NCBI GenBank assembly: GCA_011109175.1
Contig: RDEW01000016.1
Span: forward strand, 1,051,653-1,115,652
Direction: 5' to 3'
DNA length: 64,000 nt
Origin: Dicyema japonicum
Lineage: Eukaryota; Animalia; Dicyemida
In this document: in pieces, positions 1 to 13,480 of the stretch
How positions within the stretch are numbered: the stretch's first letter is position 1
How the letters are laid out: every line of letters begins with the position of its first letter
Position numbers and translations under genes: made by a program
The notes under the pieces: model-generated
What the model was told of the DNA's origin: nothing
What the model saw: only the letters and a program-made list of their open reading frames with translations
The model's database searches: none

Positions 1-111
1 CTTTTAAGATGAAGGATTAATTAAGATTATATGCTTCTTTAATTCTTCATCTTAAAAGAGAGACAAGACGAATGGACTTATCAGTAATAGGATATTGGAT
101 TCTTCCAAGAA

Positions 112-417
112 AACCGGATAATGTTTTCTCTGTGAATCGTATCGGTCTGATTTACTATTTAATGTTTAACCAAATCCATTAAATTAATTTCCTATGGATT
201 TTGTATCTCCAAATAATCATTTCGAAGACTAAAACTTCAAGTCATTTCTAAAATTATAAAGAGAGAACCGGATAATGTTTTCTCTGTGAATCGTATCGGT
301 CTGATTTACTATTTAATGTTTAACCAAATCCATTGAACTAATTTCCTAAGGATTTTGTATCTCCAAATAATCATTTCGAAGACTAAAACTTCAAGTCATT
401 TCTAAAATTATAAAGAG
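112..417. repeat. Tandem duplication, about 152-bp unit (112-263 and 266-417)
   Basis: aaccggataatgttttctctgtg...aaattataaagag occurs twice with period 154 and only a few substitutions; no N at the junction. Confidence 0.9.
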
Positions 418-1048
418 TAATGTCTAGTTAATGATTATGCTGCCACTTGTTATTCATCTAGAGTGCCAACTATTTTCAGGATAGTAGTTTTATTGAAAAT
501 CGTTGTTATGGTTATTATTGTTAAACTTTTGTATAGATTATTTATTTTATTTTGTGGCATTTTTGCGGCTAATCTGAGAAATATCAATCTCCAATTTATT
601 GAGTTCGTCAAATATCACCTTTGAGAGAAACAACATTTGATTTTGTTTGCTATAACTTTTTAAAAAATTTGAACTCATGAGAACAGCTAGAAAATAGTAT
701 TTTGGAAGCAACCATTAAAATCAAACAATGCAACATCAAAGATAGCAGTGATCCTGCAAATAACAGATTAAATGATTACGTCAATATAATATTTCAATTC
801 ATAATAATAACACCATACAATAAATAAAATATTAAAAAATAATTTAATTATAGTCAACGTTTNTTGAACTCATGAGAACAGCTAGAAAATAGTATTTTGG
901 AAGCAACCATTAAAATCAAACAATGCAACATCAAAGATAGCAGTGATCCTGTAAATAAATAACAGATTAAATGATTACGTCAATATTTCAATTCATAAAT
1001 AATAACACCATACAATAAATAAAATATTAAAAAATAATTTAATTATAG

Positions 1049-4000
1049 TCAACGTTTCTGGGAATTGGAGAAAGATATCTTTAGATTTTCCACCAACGTT
1101 GCTTGTAGTTGATGCTCCAACGATTCATTCTATCATAACCAATGATTAGTAAACCAAACACTGAGCCTCAACCAAGGCTAGTTTAGTATTAGCCAACTCA
1201 ATCTCGAGATTCTTTATCTTATCAAATATTTCATTTCCGATGGTATGAGAAACCACCTTATCCTCGAATTTATATTTCTCATAGTCTTCACTACATTTCT
1301 CACAGGACTTCAAAGTTTCCTACAATAAAAAATCAAACAACCTCAACAAATTCCATCATTGATTCCTTGTAAGTTTTGTAGTTATCTGAAATGGCGTATT
1401 GTTCAACCAACTGGCTCTGATATCTTTCAATCTGCCTTTTCATGTCACTTCGTTCAATTTGGTATTCCTCCAACTGTTTTCGGTAGTTCTCCTTAAGATC
1501 TGACACCTCCTCTTTTACGAGCTCAGAGTCCAGCTTATTTTTACTAATAAAATCCCGCATCACTGAGTTCGACTGACTCATTTGGTAGAGTTGCTTCTCA
1601 AACTAAACCTTAAAGTCTTTTCGGACCTCGTCGACTTCCAATCTGTACTTGAATTGGTGGTTAATAAATTCCTCAGTAATAAGCTCACATTCACATTCAA
1701 GTCGCATATTCTCACGTCTAAGATCAGCAATCTCTTTCTGAAATTAGCAAAAGGTAGATGACTTTGTATCTGTATAAAGGATCAGAGTCATTTTGGCTTG
1801 TCCTCATCGTCTCATACTCAACCTTAAGACGATTTAGGGTTTTTTGCGTAATCTATAAATTTATGTAGGAAAAACTTTGAATTCCTCCGACAACGTCAGC
1901 AAAGCAGTACACGACGAGTCAGAGTTGAATTGCTTTGCAACCTCCACTCTGAAATAATTAAAAATTTTCTCAAAATCTAATTTTAACAAGTCTTCCTGGG
2001 ATTGCTACGACTTAGAACAAGCCAGAACCTGCAGTAATGCGAGGGATATGTTCAACACATAATCCACACCCTATAATTACTGTCACGTGCCAACTTTGCA
2101 TAGTATTACGTCAATTATACGGAAGACCATATTCAGTGGAAATTTTGCAGTGAACAATGTAAGGAACCACTGGGATGTGTACATGGAAGTGTGGAGTCCA
2201 ATGTTTTTAAAATGAGTGTGTAATTCTGTGAGTCTGTCCTGCATTATCCGGCCAAATTGCCACTGCAATATCTCCAAACCTTTGAAATCGTTTATAAACA
2301 AATCCCGAAACGAGAACCTCTTCATGATATTAGAGAAGACCACGAAGGCTTGTTCCTCAGGCATCTACAAAGCTCAAACAAACCTATACATGCAAGAGCA
2401 GTGCTGCAGCTAGAAATGAGGTCCCCTGACAGTATCCAACTTCCTCGTCATAGATCGAATAGGCCTAGCAATAAATGATTACTTGGACCTTTGTAACGTT
2501 AAACAGAGAGGTCTGTCCGGACGAAGACTCAGCAAATAGGCGGTGACCAGGATATGTTCTTCCAATGTCCCTGAGAATAATATTTTCATAGGGAGAAGTC
2601 TAACTTGACAAAAATAAATACTTTTGTGATCAAATGTCTGTAAGCTTCAGAGAGCACCTGCTCGTTATCAATGCCAACAAGCCTCTGCCACACTACACAC
2701 CGCATTGTGTCGGGGATTCCCCTCCAGCACAGTTGATTGAGACTTTTTTTAACTTTTGAAGAAATCGGCCATGTGGTCTCTGTCCATTTCTTCAACAACT
2801 TGCCCCAGTTCTCAAACAACTCGTCGTTATTAATCTGACGGACTACTTTTCCTGATCCACTCGTCACTCCATCAAAATCAATAACTAACAATAACACAAG
2901 GATCTAACGGGTTTCCTCGCACTCCCTAATCTCCTCGCCATTTCTGTATAGATCAATCAGAGAAAAGGCATTCTCGGACAGAGATGTGTGGTACATCATC
3001 TCCCCAACCACGTACCCCACATTATCAGACATCTTGTGGACGGACTCGCTTTGGTAATCCTAGAATAAGTAGCTTGACTACTCTGAGTAAGGTTGTCTTG
3101 TATTTCTCATGAACAGACTTATTTCTGTAGAACAAAAATTTCTCCGATTGCGGAAAAAGGCGAATATTAAACTCAAAGGCAAGCTTTAGTGGTTCGTTAA
3201 GGAAGGAGACTGCGAATTCCGCCTTTATTACCAAAGGAATTTGAATTTCTTAATATAGTCATAGCACCAAACCTTTGTTGCAGTTTGACCCAAAAATATA
3301 CTGCATTTTTTCTATTTCTGCCTCATAGAGAAGAGAGATCCTTCCGTCCTTGTGATAAATAGTCGACACCTGTCAATAAAGGAACCACCCACCAATTCAA
3401 GACTATCCGTTTGTCCATGAGAGAAGGTCGTCCCCATGGAAAACTGAACATCGAGACAACGACTTATTCGAAAGTATCTTCTGGCAGGAAGAGCCGATTT
3501 TAATGTGAAAATGAAAATCTTCTTTCTATTTCTCCTCACTTTGAATGTCTTTGAGTTTCCGACGATGGGACAGGAACTCCAGTTGGAAGAAGACAATAGG
3601 ATCCCCTCATCAGGCTCTTTGACTTGGACTTGCATATCAATGACCAACTCGACGTTATTTCCGAGAAATTTCTTCCCACAGTTTTCGTTTATCGCCAAAA
3701 TTTTGGAGACAAGATTATCCATCTGCTCAAAATTCTGTGTTTTAAGCATAAAACACTCGTAAGTCTCCTCCAAATTGTCCTCATCATTGCATATCAGAGC
3801 CAGGAAGGAATCTTGCTTGTTGATCATAAACTCGATATTCTTCACCAAAAGGGAATCATTATTAATTCTTAAGGACGCCTTGGCAGAGTCAACGACATAT
3901 TCCGTGTTTACGTTGGCAAGAGAGGCAGTTTCGTTGTAACTGTTGAGTCCGTAGTCAAACAGGATCTGGCAGAGCTTTATGTAGGAATGAGAACGAGGTA

Positions 4001-4450
4001 TTTTCATAGTTCCATAATACAAAAACTCGTCATAGTTTTCTATTAAATAATTTTTAATTTAAATAATTTTTAAATAATAAATTTTAAGTAGATAAAAATA
4101 CATGTTTACAAGCAACATTTAAATTTATGCCCTTTCACAGTTATTGGGACAATTTATTTTGCACTATTAACCGCATATGCCAATTTAATAATCGAGTGGT
4201 AATCATAATCCTAAGAGAAGTTAAGCTCATAAAATTGCCTGAAGGCATGAAACATCATAAAATGCCAAATTAACCAGGAATTGGGGAAAAGTATTCGATG
4301 GGAGATATGGTTGAAGAATGGATAGAGTTCACAGATTGGCCAACTATGAGTAACAAATCTAGACTAACTGGAAGTATTTGGTGTGCTTAAGACAGATTCT
4401 GATGACTCCTCTTTGTTGTCAGGCCTAGAAACATTCAACTTTTGTATCAT
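1049..4450 (-). CDS. RABGAP1: Rab GTPase-activating protein 1-like (PTB-like region, DUF3694-like region, TBC domain, C-terminal coiled coil); multi-exon
   Basis: TBC motifs GIPDTMRCVVWQRL, HMPEEQAF and MYTSQWFLTLFTAKFPLNMVFRIID; LAFEFNIRLFPQSEKFLFY resembles the RABGAP1 pre-TBC region; C-terminal IKNLEIELANTKLALVEAQC. Stop inferred at 1049-1051; start ATG at 4450 is tentative. Confidence 0.88.
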
Positions 4451-5559
4451 ATTTGCAACCCAACCAAGCTAATATAATAGTCAAAACCGATTAAGGATAT
4501 TGTAACCTATTAAAATTTGTTAATTAATTTAATAATAATTAAATTCTATAAATATTATTTTTTTAATTGTACTAAATTCGAATTAGTTAGTGATATCATT
4601 TTAAAAAATAAATATTTCAATAATTTGGGAAAAATACGTCATTCTAATAAATTTTAATTAGACATGTTATAATTTAGTTGTTGCGCAATTATTGGTGCGA
4701 AGGGAATAAAAGATCATCTGCTCATCTAAAAACCAAGAAGGGTGGAGATTAAGTTTTTTTTTGTCGGAAATGGCCGGATTAAGAGGACATGTTTTAGACA
4801 GGAAGCCACTGAATTGAGAATTGAAGGTTATAAGGTATGACACAAGTAAGGCATACCTTTCTATAACTTTCTCTTTCATTTCATTAAATCACCTTAATTA
4901 TTTCTATATTCGGTAGCTACTAAATAGCCATTTTAATTTGACTAGCAAAAACAATTCAAGTATACCACAAAATACATTTTTAGCTTTAACCACCAAGTAA
5001 TGTCTTTTAGTTTGGTTTCAGTCATCAAAAGTTTGTCAGAACACTGCATCCTTGGATTGTCAATTTTTCCTTATTAATGAGAAAATTGCCCGGAAAATAT
5101 ATATATCTTTAAATAGAAAATTCTTTAACGACGATAAGAAATAAAGAATTTCCTTGGATCCTGTCGTTTTCTTAGAAACATGTCATAATACGCGTCCCAC
5201 ACGGGCTACCCATCCCATGGTGGCTGCATGTAACCCGTCAATCAATCTGTCATTCAATCAATATTAATTGGTTTCTAATCAAAAATTGTTTCGACGACAA
5301 AGAATTTATTTTTTAAAGTCTATATATTTGACTTAATTCATATTGATTATTTTTAATTTCCTTGATTGTGCCTTAATCTGTTATAACTAAAGCAAATTTT
5401 ATTGCAACTAAAATCGGCAAAAATAAATCTCCTTCAGATGTTCTTTTAAATAGCCACGCAGTAAAAACGGCTTATGTTTTGACCAACAAACTAACATTTA
5501 ATAATTAAAAAAAACTAAAATTTCAAAAAATCTTAACTAAATTTCGAAAAATGGCATTT

Positions 5560-5865
5560 TTTAAAGCCTTTTTACGAGAGCCATAATATTTATAGCTCCG
5601 CATAGGCAGGACACACACTTTATTTAAGTAAAGAACAGTTAATCTTAACTAATAGTAGAACGTAAAACCAACTTCTTTTTCTTGTGTGAGTGTCCTTTCT
5701 AGACAATCCAGTTCCGCAGTGAGTATCCACTGATGACGGCGTCACTCGTCAAACCCTTTCTGCATCGTAGATGCGTGGAACCTTCCACCAGGTGAACAGC
5801 AGCGAGATTCGAACACGTAGCCTAAGCCACTTAAGCCCGACACCTAACCACCATGCCACCCGGCT
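5560..5865 (-). mobile_element. tRNA-derived SINE, full-length copy A, with 11-bp target-site duplication
   Basis: Minus-strand head gccgggTGGCATGGTGGttagg...GTTCGAATCtcgc (A and B boxes); homologous to 30366-30670; flanked by direct repeat aaatggcattt at 5549-5559 and 5866-5876. Confidence 0.85.
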
Positions 5866-5949
5866 AAATGGCATTTATAATAGTTAAAAATAAAATTTTT
5901 CTTTATCAAAGTTTATTTAATATAAAACTTTTTATTAAGGAAAGAAAAG

Positions 5950-6362
5950 AGAGTAAACGGTTATATAGCGGCAGACTGCGTGGCTATTTCCTCTCAGAAT
6001 GGCGAGCGAGATTCGCACAAATAACCAGCAGCGCTCACGAGGGTTTATCTAATGCTGCAGCTTTGCACAGTTTTGTTATTTTTATACACAAATAAAAAAA
6101 TTATTTGGCCGATTTATGAATTTTACGATAGTTACATTATTCATTTTTAAATGGCATTTTTTGAAAAAGATGTGGAGTCCGAACCATATGGTAGGACTCA
6201 GATGTAATGCTCTCCAGATAACTTTTTAACTCTTGTTTATAAATCGTTAATTTTTCTTCTTAGAGTAAACGGTTATATAGCGGCTGCCTGACTGCGTGGC
6301 TATTCCCTCTCAGGATAGCGAGCGAGATTCGTTCAAATATCCATCAGCGCTCACGAGGGTCT
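5950..6362. repeat. Pair of about 100-bp GC-rich direct repeats (about 5950-6045 and 6262-6362)
   Basis: agagtaaacggttatatagcggc...gactgcgtggctatt...agcgctcacgagggt present twice with scattered differences. Confidence 0.85.
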
Positions 6363-6519
6363 CCCATTCGTAATTTTTTTGCCATAGATTCCATTTTAGC
6401 TCCCATTTTTAGAAATTTTAGTTGTCATAAAAAATACCCTGATTATAACATTTAAATTTTCTCCCGGATTTGTCATTTCAATATGGTTTTAAAAAGGAGA
6501 GGTCTACTTCGACCAGCTG

Positions 6520-6625
6520 CATTGACTAACTTTATACGATATGGTTTTTCTCACAGGCCGGGACACATGAATAATGCACTTTGCTCCATAGACGTCCACA
6601 AAGTTTTCGACTCCTTTAGAAGTTA
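6520..6625 (+). pseudogene. Small reverse-transcriptase remnant (Ingi/Vingi-like)
   Basis: Translates to AALTNFIRYGFSHRPGHMNNALCSIDVHKVFDSF, aligning by eye with LTKLTQFVTDGLN...ALDIEKAFDSV at about 48100-48190. Confidence 0.4.
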
Positions 6626-7499
6626 TTCTTTTTAGAAGATCTCAAAGAATCTTTTGGGTGATTTTTGACATGCAAATGTCATATTCGCATAATCTTTTAA
6701 AACTCTTACCTAAAATTATTCTCTAAATCACCTCATTCCCTATTGAAAAATCATATTTTGATTGATGAACATTCATTTTTTGTTCATCCGGTTATATGTT
6801 GTTCGACAAGGTGATTGTTGTGGTAGGGACATTTAAGACTGCGCCAAAAAATGAGAAGAGGTTACCTTGTGAATCCAAGAACGGTAAAGCAATGAATTCG
6901 ACTGCCCGATTTTGTGCATGTCATCTTTTAATCTAAGCTGGCAGTCACAACGAAGGTACACAAAATAAACAATCAAAGTAGAAAAGTTTTAAAATTATCA
7001 ATGCTGGTGGTGACGTCCCATAATCGTGTTGATATTAATAAAAAATTTAATCGTGGTTTCAGTTTCTGGAGAAGTTCTAGAAATAAGACTTTTTTCACTG
7101 AGGTAGGTTATGATTATTTTTCAGTTGTGGAATGCCAGAGTCTGTGGGCTGTATGGTCCCGTTTTACAAAAATTTGTAGTCTAAGCATCACGAAATGGTC
7201 TCAGATTTATGATTTTCAGTGTAGGTGGTAAGTTAGAGATTTCAAGGTTGAACAAGTATCCTCCTCACTATGACATATCTATATCACAGTTCATTTCCTC
7301 AAACCAAATATTATCTCTCATCTCCCTTCTCAATGAACTCATGAAAAATCGAAAACCCATAAGTTTTTGAAATAAAGAAACATAGGTCGAACCAATGCCT
7401 GAGTTCGAATCCAGACATGCCCAAATTGGAAGACGAGAGAACCTTCTAATTTGAATTGGAACAAGGGAATTTATTAGTTATTAATTCTAATGTAAAGTC

Positions 7500-8960
7500 A
7501 GAATTAAACTATTTAAAATTGATTGGCTGTATTAATTTATTCTCTTTCGTTTTGAGCCATTCCTTAGCTCAACTGCATCTTGGTCACCAATCTGATCTTC
7601 ACTCCAGCATTGTTGTTTCATGGACACAATTCCGTCATCCTCAACTTGTAGATACTTTCGTTGCAGGAAATGAATGACCTCACTAACATCACTCTCTTGA
7701 AAGTTCATCCCATGTCGGTGCTCCACTAACATGCTTTCAAGAGTTTTCTTTAACACAATAGATTGAATGTATGCCCTCGGAATTATATCCAAATCATCCA
7801 TATGTGACTTGTAGAACTTACAATTCCCTCCCAAAACAATAGGAATAATTTTAACTTTCGCATTGTATATTTGAGACAACTCTCAAGCAAGGAGGTCGTA
7901 TTTATGAAGTCTACCTCAACCACCTACAGCATCTCCTGATAAGTGACTCCAACCTCTACTAAAGTAATCTCACTTGTCCTTTATCAAAAACAAATATGTC
8001 CGACTTGTCATGCTGTACTTTGATATCCGTCATTAGCGTCGTATCGACACGGATCTCAACATTCTCAGTTGTTACTATTGATTGACTGAGTGAGTCTTTA
8101 ATTTCTTTGAATATGTGATTCCATATTTACGACACAAGTTTAAATGAAGACATCTCACCACCTTATTGTGACGTCGTATGTAATCACTATTTAACATCCT
8201 ATTGCATCTCGTTGCCAAATGATCGACTGTTTTTGGCAGATTTACAATGATTGCAATTCGATCCTTTTTCTTCAAAGAACAAATTTCGGTCTTGTAAAAG
8301 GCAATACAAGGCTTCGGCTCTTGGACTATTATTCCCTTTTGCTAGCCATCCCGAAGATGATGCAATGTCAACAGTCGGGTCTTTTAAACATTTGAATAAC
8401 ATAGAATGAAGAAATTTACTGTTAATTTTCATCAATTTACTGCATTCAATTTTGTGCTTGCCAAACCCTCAATTCTTTTTCTAACTTTATCGGCAATCTT
8501 TTATAAAATTTCTTGTTTTAGAGTGTTATTTCATTTATCCTCCAACACTCCAAGGCCTCAATTCTTTTTCTAACTTTATCGGCAATCTTTTATAAAATTT
8601 CTTGTTTTAGAGTGTTATTTCATTTATCCTCCAACACTCCAAGGTATCGATGACCTTCAGTTCCATTCAAATATTTTGCTTCCTTTGATAAACATTCAAC
8701 ATTATTAGCCGACTTAATGTTCTTATTGAGGACTTATTCCTTAGCACCCTGACATATTTTTCTCGTTCCTAGTTGGTTATCTGAGATTATTTGGAATGTG
8801 TCAACAAAATCACTTAGTTTCTTTTTGACACAATTTGTTATCAATTTATATAAGTTCGGCATGCATGTAATTGGTCGTAAATCTTTGGGTGCATCAAAAT
8901 TTTCCTTTTTGGTAAAAGATACGTTATCCCAGCATAAAACCAATCCCCTGGAATACATTT
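7500..8960 (-). mobile_element. Decayed R4/Dong-like non-LTR retrotransposon (RT fragment, CCHC knuckle, REL endonuclease)
   Basis: Fragments DLRPITCMPNLYKL, CNHCK...DHLATRC...RHNKVV and IIPIVLGG match the element at 19253-22680; frameshifted and internally deleted; contains a perfect 89-bp tandem duplication (8467-8555, 8556-8644). Confidence 0.85.
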
Positions 8961-9509
8961 TCTATTAATAACATCGACAATCACCTTTTGAAAAAACTCA
9001 TGCAATGCATCAAATTTCTATAAATAATTTTCATATTCCTCGCTTAAATTTAAAAAATTAAAAAAAAATAAAAAAATAAAAAAATAAATGGAATATTATT
9101 TTTTAGCCATTAATTTTATTTTTTTAATAATCGATATCGAGAAAGCTTCTGTAATTTATATTGAATAATTATTTAATAATCAAAGAAAATAAGGTTTTTA
9201 CTTTTGTAGCCAACATAATTAGTTGTAAAGTAATTGAAGATGGTTGAGGTGGGGTTGTTTTTTATTTTCTCTTATTATGTTTTCAATTATGTGGCTTGCG
9301 TGAAAAACTTAAGAGCCCTTTCCTTATGAAACTTCCAGGTTAGAACCTCTAGCGTCGTTTCTGTACAGAAAATGATCCCAACTCATGACTCTTCAACCCG
9401 TCTATCAGCGACTTAACCATTTTCAGGAATCCAAAAGTGTTTACTTAAGAACGGTCATGATAACGATGCCCTTATAACTAACATAATAAAATATTAAACA
9501 ATAAACAAA

Positions 9510-9720
9510 AAGTCACCTACTTCCATGTCCAATCTCTCCTTTGATGTCAACAAAAGTCTGTACCACAGCTTCTTTCACCTGGCTTGTCAGGAATTCTTTC
9601 AATGATATCAAAGATAAAATTGACAGGCGCTGATTTGACATTGAAAACCTCAAATACGTTGTATCTGCTTTAACTTTGAAAAAGAACGTTCACAACTAGC
9701 AATTGAGTAGCCAACTGTGA
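9510..9720 (-). pseudogene. hAT transposase C-terminal dimerization-domain remnant
   Basis: Minus strand reads SIASCERSFSKLKQI...MSNQRLSILSLISL, the hAT dimerization signature (ERSFSKLK...MSQERL); frameshifted. Confidence 0.7.
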
Positions 9721-9779
9721 TCCCTAGCAGTCGATCTTGTCTATGATAAAAGTGAGTATAGCTTAATAACGTGAACTCT

Positions 9780-9960
9780 ATGTTTTGGATCAACCCAAGT
9801 CAAAGTGGATTCAGACCTGGAAGGTCGCCGGCAGACGATGTAGGGAGCCACATATAGATGTGTGCAATGTGCCAGAAACACAAGGAAAATCTCAATCCTT
9901 TGAATTGACCTATCTCGTGCTTTCGACACTATCAATCGCAAAAAGCTAATACACATAATG
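9780..9960 (+). pseudogene. RTE-like RT remnant
   Basis: PSQSGFRPGRS...IDLSRAFDTINRKKLIHIMESILDE, related to but distinct from the adjacent RTE copy. Confidence 0.7.
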
Positions 9961-11893
9961 GAAAGTATTCTAGACGAAAAATTGGATCACCACCCGAACG
10001 TGCCAGATATGGCACAGCATTGCAGAGAGTTACGGCTAAAAGCGGCAAACACTTCAGACGAGAGTAAAAAAAGAGCTTAATATCCAACAAAGGGAACTAA
10101 AATGGAAAATCAAAAGGATAACAGAAAACACTCAAGGGAAATTATTACATCCCTATTAAAAGATGTGGAATGCTAAAGGACAATTCAAGGATGTTTGCGG
10201 CTGCTGCGGACAAAGAAAGGACAAAACACCCTTCACATCAAAGACAAAGATGGAAAATTCGTGGGTAACCCGGAAGAAAAAGCAGAATTGATTGCACGAC
10301 ACTTCGAAACACTGTTGAATAAAAAAAATAAGGACTTCCCCCTTTCCAGGGAGAAGCAAAGGCACTAAAAATCCCAATCACAGTGAAAAAGGTAAAATTA
10401 GCGCTAAATAAACTGAAGAACAACAAGAGTGCTGGTCGGACTACATAAGCCCTGAGCTCCTAAAATATGGGCCAAAAAAACTAATCGACACAATTGCAAA
10501 AACCCTAAATGACATCTTTGAAATTAATACCGATCTAGGACTTGGAAATGGATTATTAATATCCATACAAAAACCGAACAAATCAAAAAGACCAGCAAAA
10601 AATCTCCGCCCGATAATATTTTTGAATTCGATACGCAAGGTGTTGGCAAACATTGCACTAAGCCGGATAAAGGGTGTGGCAAATCTATACCTACCAGCAA
10701 GTCAAAGTGGGTTCCGAGAAGGGAGGTTTACGACAGACATTGAATGGAGCAACAGATGGCGCTGCGAAACGCACCAAAGATTCAAGAGCGCAACGAACGT
10801 GTTGGGAATAGATCTCTCCAGAGCTTTCGACTCAATAAACAGACAGAAACTGATGAATGTGCTTGAGCAAATATCGGATCGGTTAGGGTAATCAGACTAC
10901 TACTTGCGAACACAAGACTATCTGTGAGGACAGAAGGAGCAATTTCCCGCAGTTTCAAAACAACGATTGGAACACCCCAGGGTGATTCCCTCTTCCCTTT
11001 ACTATTCACCATATACCTTGAATCTGCACTCCGCGACCTCCGTAAATGCTATATAGGAGACATAGAAGAGACATCTTATGCGGATGATGTGGATTTCGTA
11101 TCACGGGACGTGACAGCGCTCCAACACCTACTAGAAAATGCACCTGCGAAGCTTGAGAAATGGTTTCTCAGCGTAAATGTTAACAAAACTGAAATTACGG
11201 AAATCAAAAGGGAAGACGATATTACTCATGAAAGATGGAGACGTACTAATAAGCTCGGCTCTCTACTAGGAGACGCTGGAGATGTACTAAGGAGGAAAAC
11301 ACTGGCAAATGCGGCAATGGCTAAACTGAAGAAAGGATGGCTAAGGGCCAAAGGACTTGGAATTGACATCAGATGCAGGCTTTACAACGCGTTTGTGAAA
11401 CCGATCCTACTGTACAACGCTGGGACATGGGGAAATTCCTTCAACGAACTATTGAAACTGGATTCGTTCCATAGAAGGCAACTAAGAAGCTTACTCGGAG
11501 TGGAGTGGCCACGTAGAATATCAACCACTGGTATTTACAACAAGTGTATGTGTTCTTCATAAGCAAGGATGTGATAGATGTCCGGTGGAGACTATTTGGG
11601 CATGTACTAAGAATGAATCCGGACGCACCCGCTAACAAAGCGATGGAAGATTACTTTGACAGTTGGGACAAACCCTTCCGCGGACGACCTAGATCGACAC
11701 TTCCGACTGCCTTAAACAAAAATTTAAATTGTGTGAGAAAAAATCTAAAGACGGGAGACGACCTGGACGAATTGAGATCACTCGATTCGACAGAGGAAGA
11801 TGGAAAAGAGTAACTATAAATAATGTTTCTTTGAGTGTTGCACATGCGGGGCATATAAACATCGTGGCTTTCGTGAAAGTGCTTAATAATAAT
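9960..11893 (+). mobile_element. RTE-clade LINE, 5'-truncated copy A, ending in a (TAA)n tail
   Basis: RT motifs QSGFREGR, DLSRAFDSI, GTPQGDSL, YADD; RTE C-terminus RWRLFGHVLRM...GRPRSTL; ends taataataat at 11884-11893; several frameshifts. Confidence 0.92.
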
Positions 11894-11899
11894 ACCGTC

Positions 11900-12545
11900 C
11901 CCGTGGGAAATCACAATCGACAGGATTTAAAACCGACATCGGCCCACCACAGTGAGATTAGTTATCCCCGGTCCTATTCATAATACCTGGCGATTACCTC
12001 ATTCAAAAAAATATGGGCGAACTGGATACGGCGAAGGTACATAGGCACTCGCCTTCAATTCGGTTGTACAACTCTTTCAGCGAACCAATTTTGTTCTACA
12101 ACGCGGGAACCTGGAGCCTAACCACCAAAGAACTGGAAAAGCTCAACTCTTTCCACATAAAACAACTATGACTTCTCCTGGGCATCTAATGTTCGAAACG
12201 AATGACCAACGACGATCTCTACAGAATCACTCAAACATCACAGATTGGGAATAAAGTGACTTGGGCAAAATGGCAGCTTTGGACAGCTTCGGAAATAGAA
12301 CCAGCCAATCAGACCATGGAATCATTACTTCTCTATATTACACAAAACAACGTATCGAGGTCGACAAAGAACTCTTGCATAGGAAGAAAACAAATCTGGA
12401 GAGGATCTGGATGATCTGAGGGCGGTTGTGAGAAACAGGGGGAGGATGGAAACGACTTACAGCGCGTATCCTGAGATGTATGGCAAAAGTGGAACCTCAA
12501 ATTAATTAACTTTTCTGTTTCCGCGGACATTGCTATTAATAATAA
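11900..12545 (+). mobile_element. Decayed RTE-like 3' fragment (second family)
   Basis: RLYNSFSEPILFYNAGTWSLTTKELEKLNSFH; ends attaataataat at about 12535-12546. Confidence 0.7.
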
Positions 12546-12959
12546 TGTCTTTGATCAGATGCCCCATACAACGTGCTGCCCTATGACCCCCTCTAGGGAC
12601 TATTGAGAAAATTTAATTATAATTAAAGTTAATATATTTTGTATTTTTAAATTAAGTTAAAACATATTAAACCAAATTTCCATAGTAAAAATAATCAGTT
12701 ATAAACCGGAATTAATGAAAACAATAAGCTTGAATACAATTGACGATAATGCTTATGCTCTCACCAAAACTGGGTTTCTTGGGAATAAAAGGGACACAAT
12801 GCTTATAAACGAGGTCATTAGAAAAGTACCAGTTATATAATATTCGAGGACAAACTTGGTCAAGGATTTATAAGAGGACATGCTATTCCGGAAGATGCGG
12901 TTTACGGAATACCCCCAATGACTCAAAAATTTCATGTTTCTGATGGTCTACGAAATATT

Positions 12960-13480
12960 AATACTCAGCTATGAGAGGATGGCCAGATTTGGGGACCTCA
13001 AAACAGAAGACCAAATCAGCGGAACGTGAACGGGACTTTATTGCAATGAATATTGCGGCCAATCAAGCAGGGGTCGTCACAGTAAAGAAATTGGCAGTTT
13101 TTATAAAACCCACGATATTCGCAAAAAATCGGCCAAAAAAGTTTCAAAAAATCAAATTCCTTTGAATCAATGGTCCATGGAATAAAATCAAGGTTGACTT
13201 TGCACGTGACTATTCTTAGGCCTTCCACCCCAATAAACCAAGTGTTAGAGCATAAATACCAAATGGATTACATCAATGATTTGCACAAAAAGCAGCAAAA
13301 ATTAGCGAATGAGAGTAGAAAGGTAGACAAAACTGATAAATTAGCATTCCAACGGAAATGAAGTTTACATGACAAAGACGACTTTCTGTCATCAACAAAT
13401 AGAACCAGAAGACCCCAGAAAATTGTGGCAGATGAAGAGGTTCAGAGATAATGTAGATTAAATTGATATTTGAAAGGCTG
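12960..13480 (+). pseudogene. Possible Ty3/gypsy integrase remnant
   Basis: Across frames MRGWP...NQAGVVTVKKLA and GPWNKIKVDFA resemble the gypsy zinc-finger and integrase-core start (PW..IHVDFAGP); heavily decayed. Confidence 0.4.

Noticed and set aside
669-1057. About 194-bp tandem duplication
   Set aside because: The junction is the N at 863, typical of an unmerged contig overlap; treated as an assembly artefact.
5790-5865. Possible tRNA gene (also 30366-30440)
   Set aside because: A and B boxes are present but acceptor and anticodon stems do not close; it is the head of a multicopy SINE.
7400-7420. B-box-like gagttcgaatcc (and ggttcgaatttt near 35030)
   Set aside because: No convincing A box or cloverleaf could be built.
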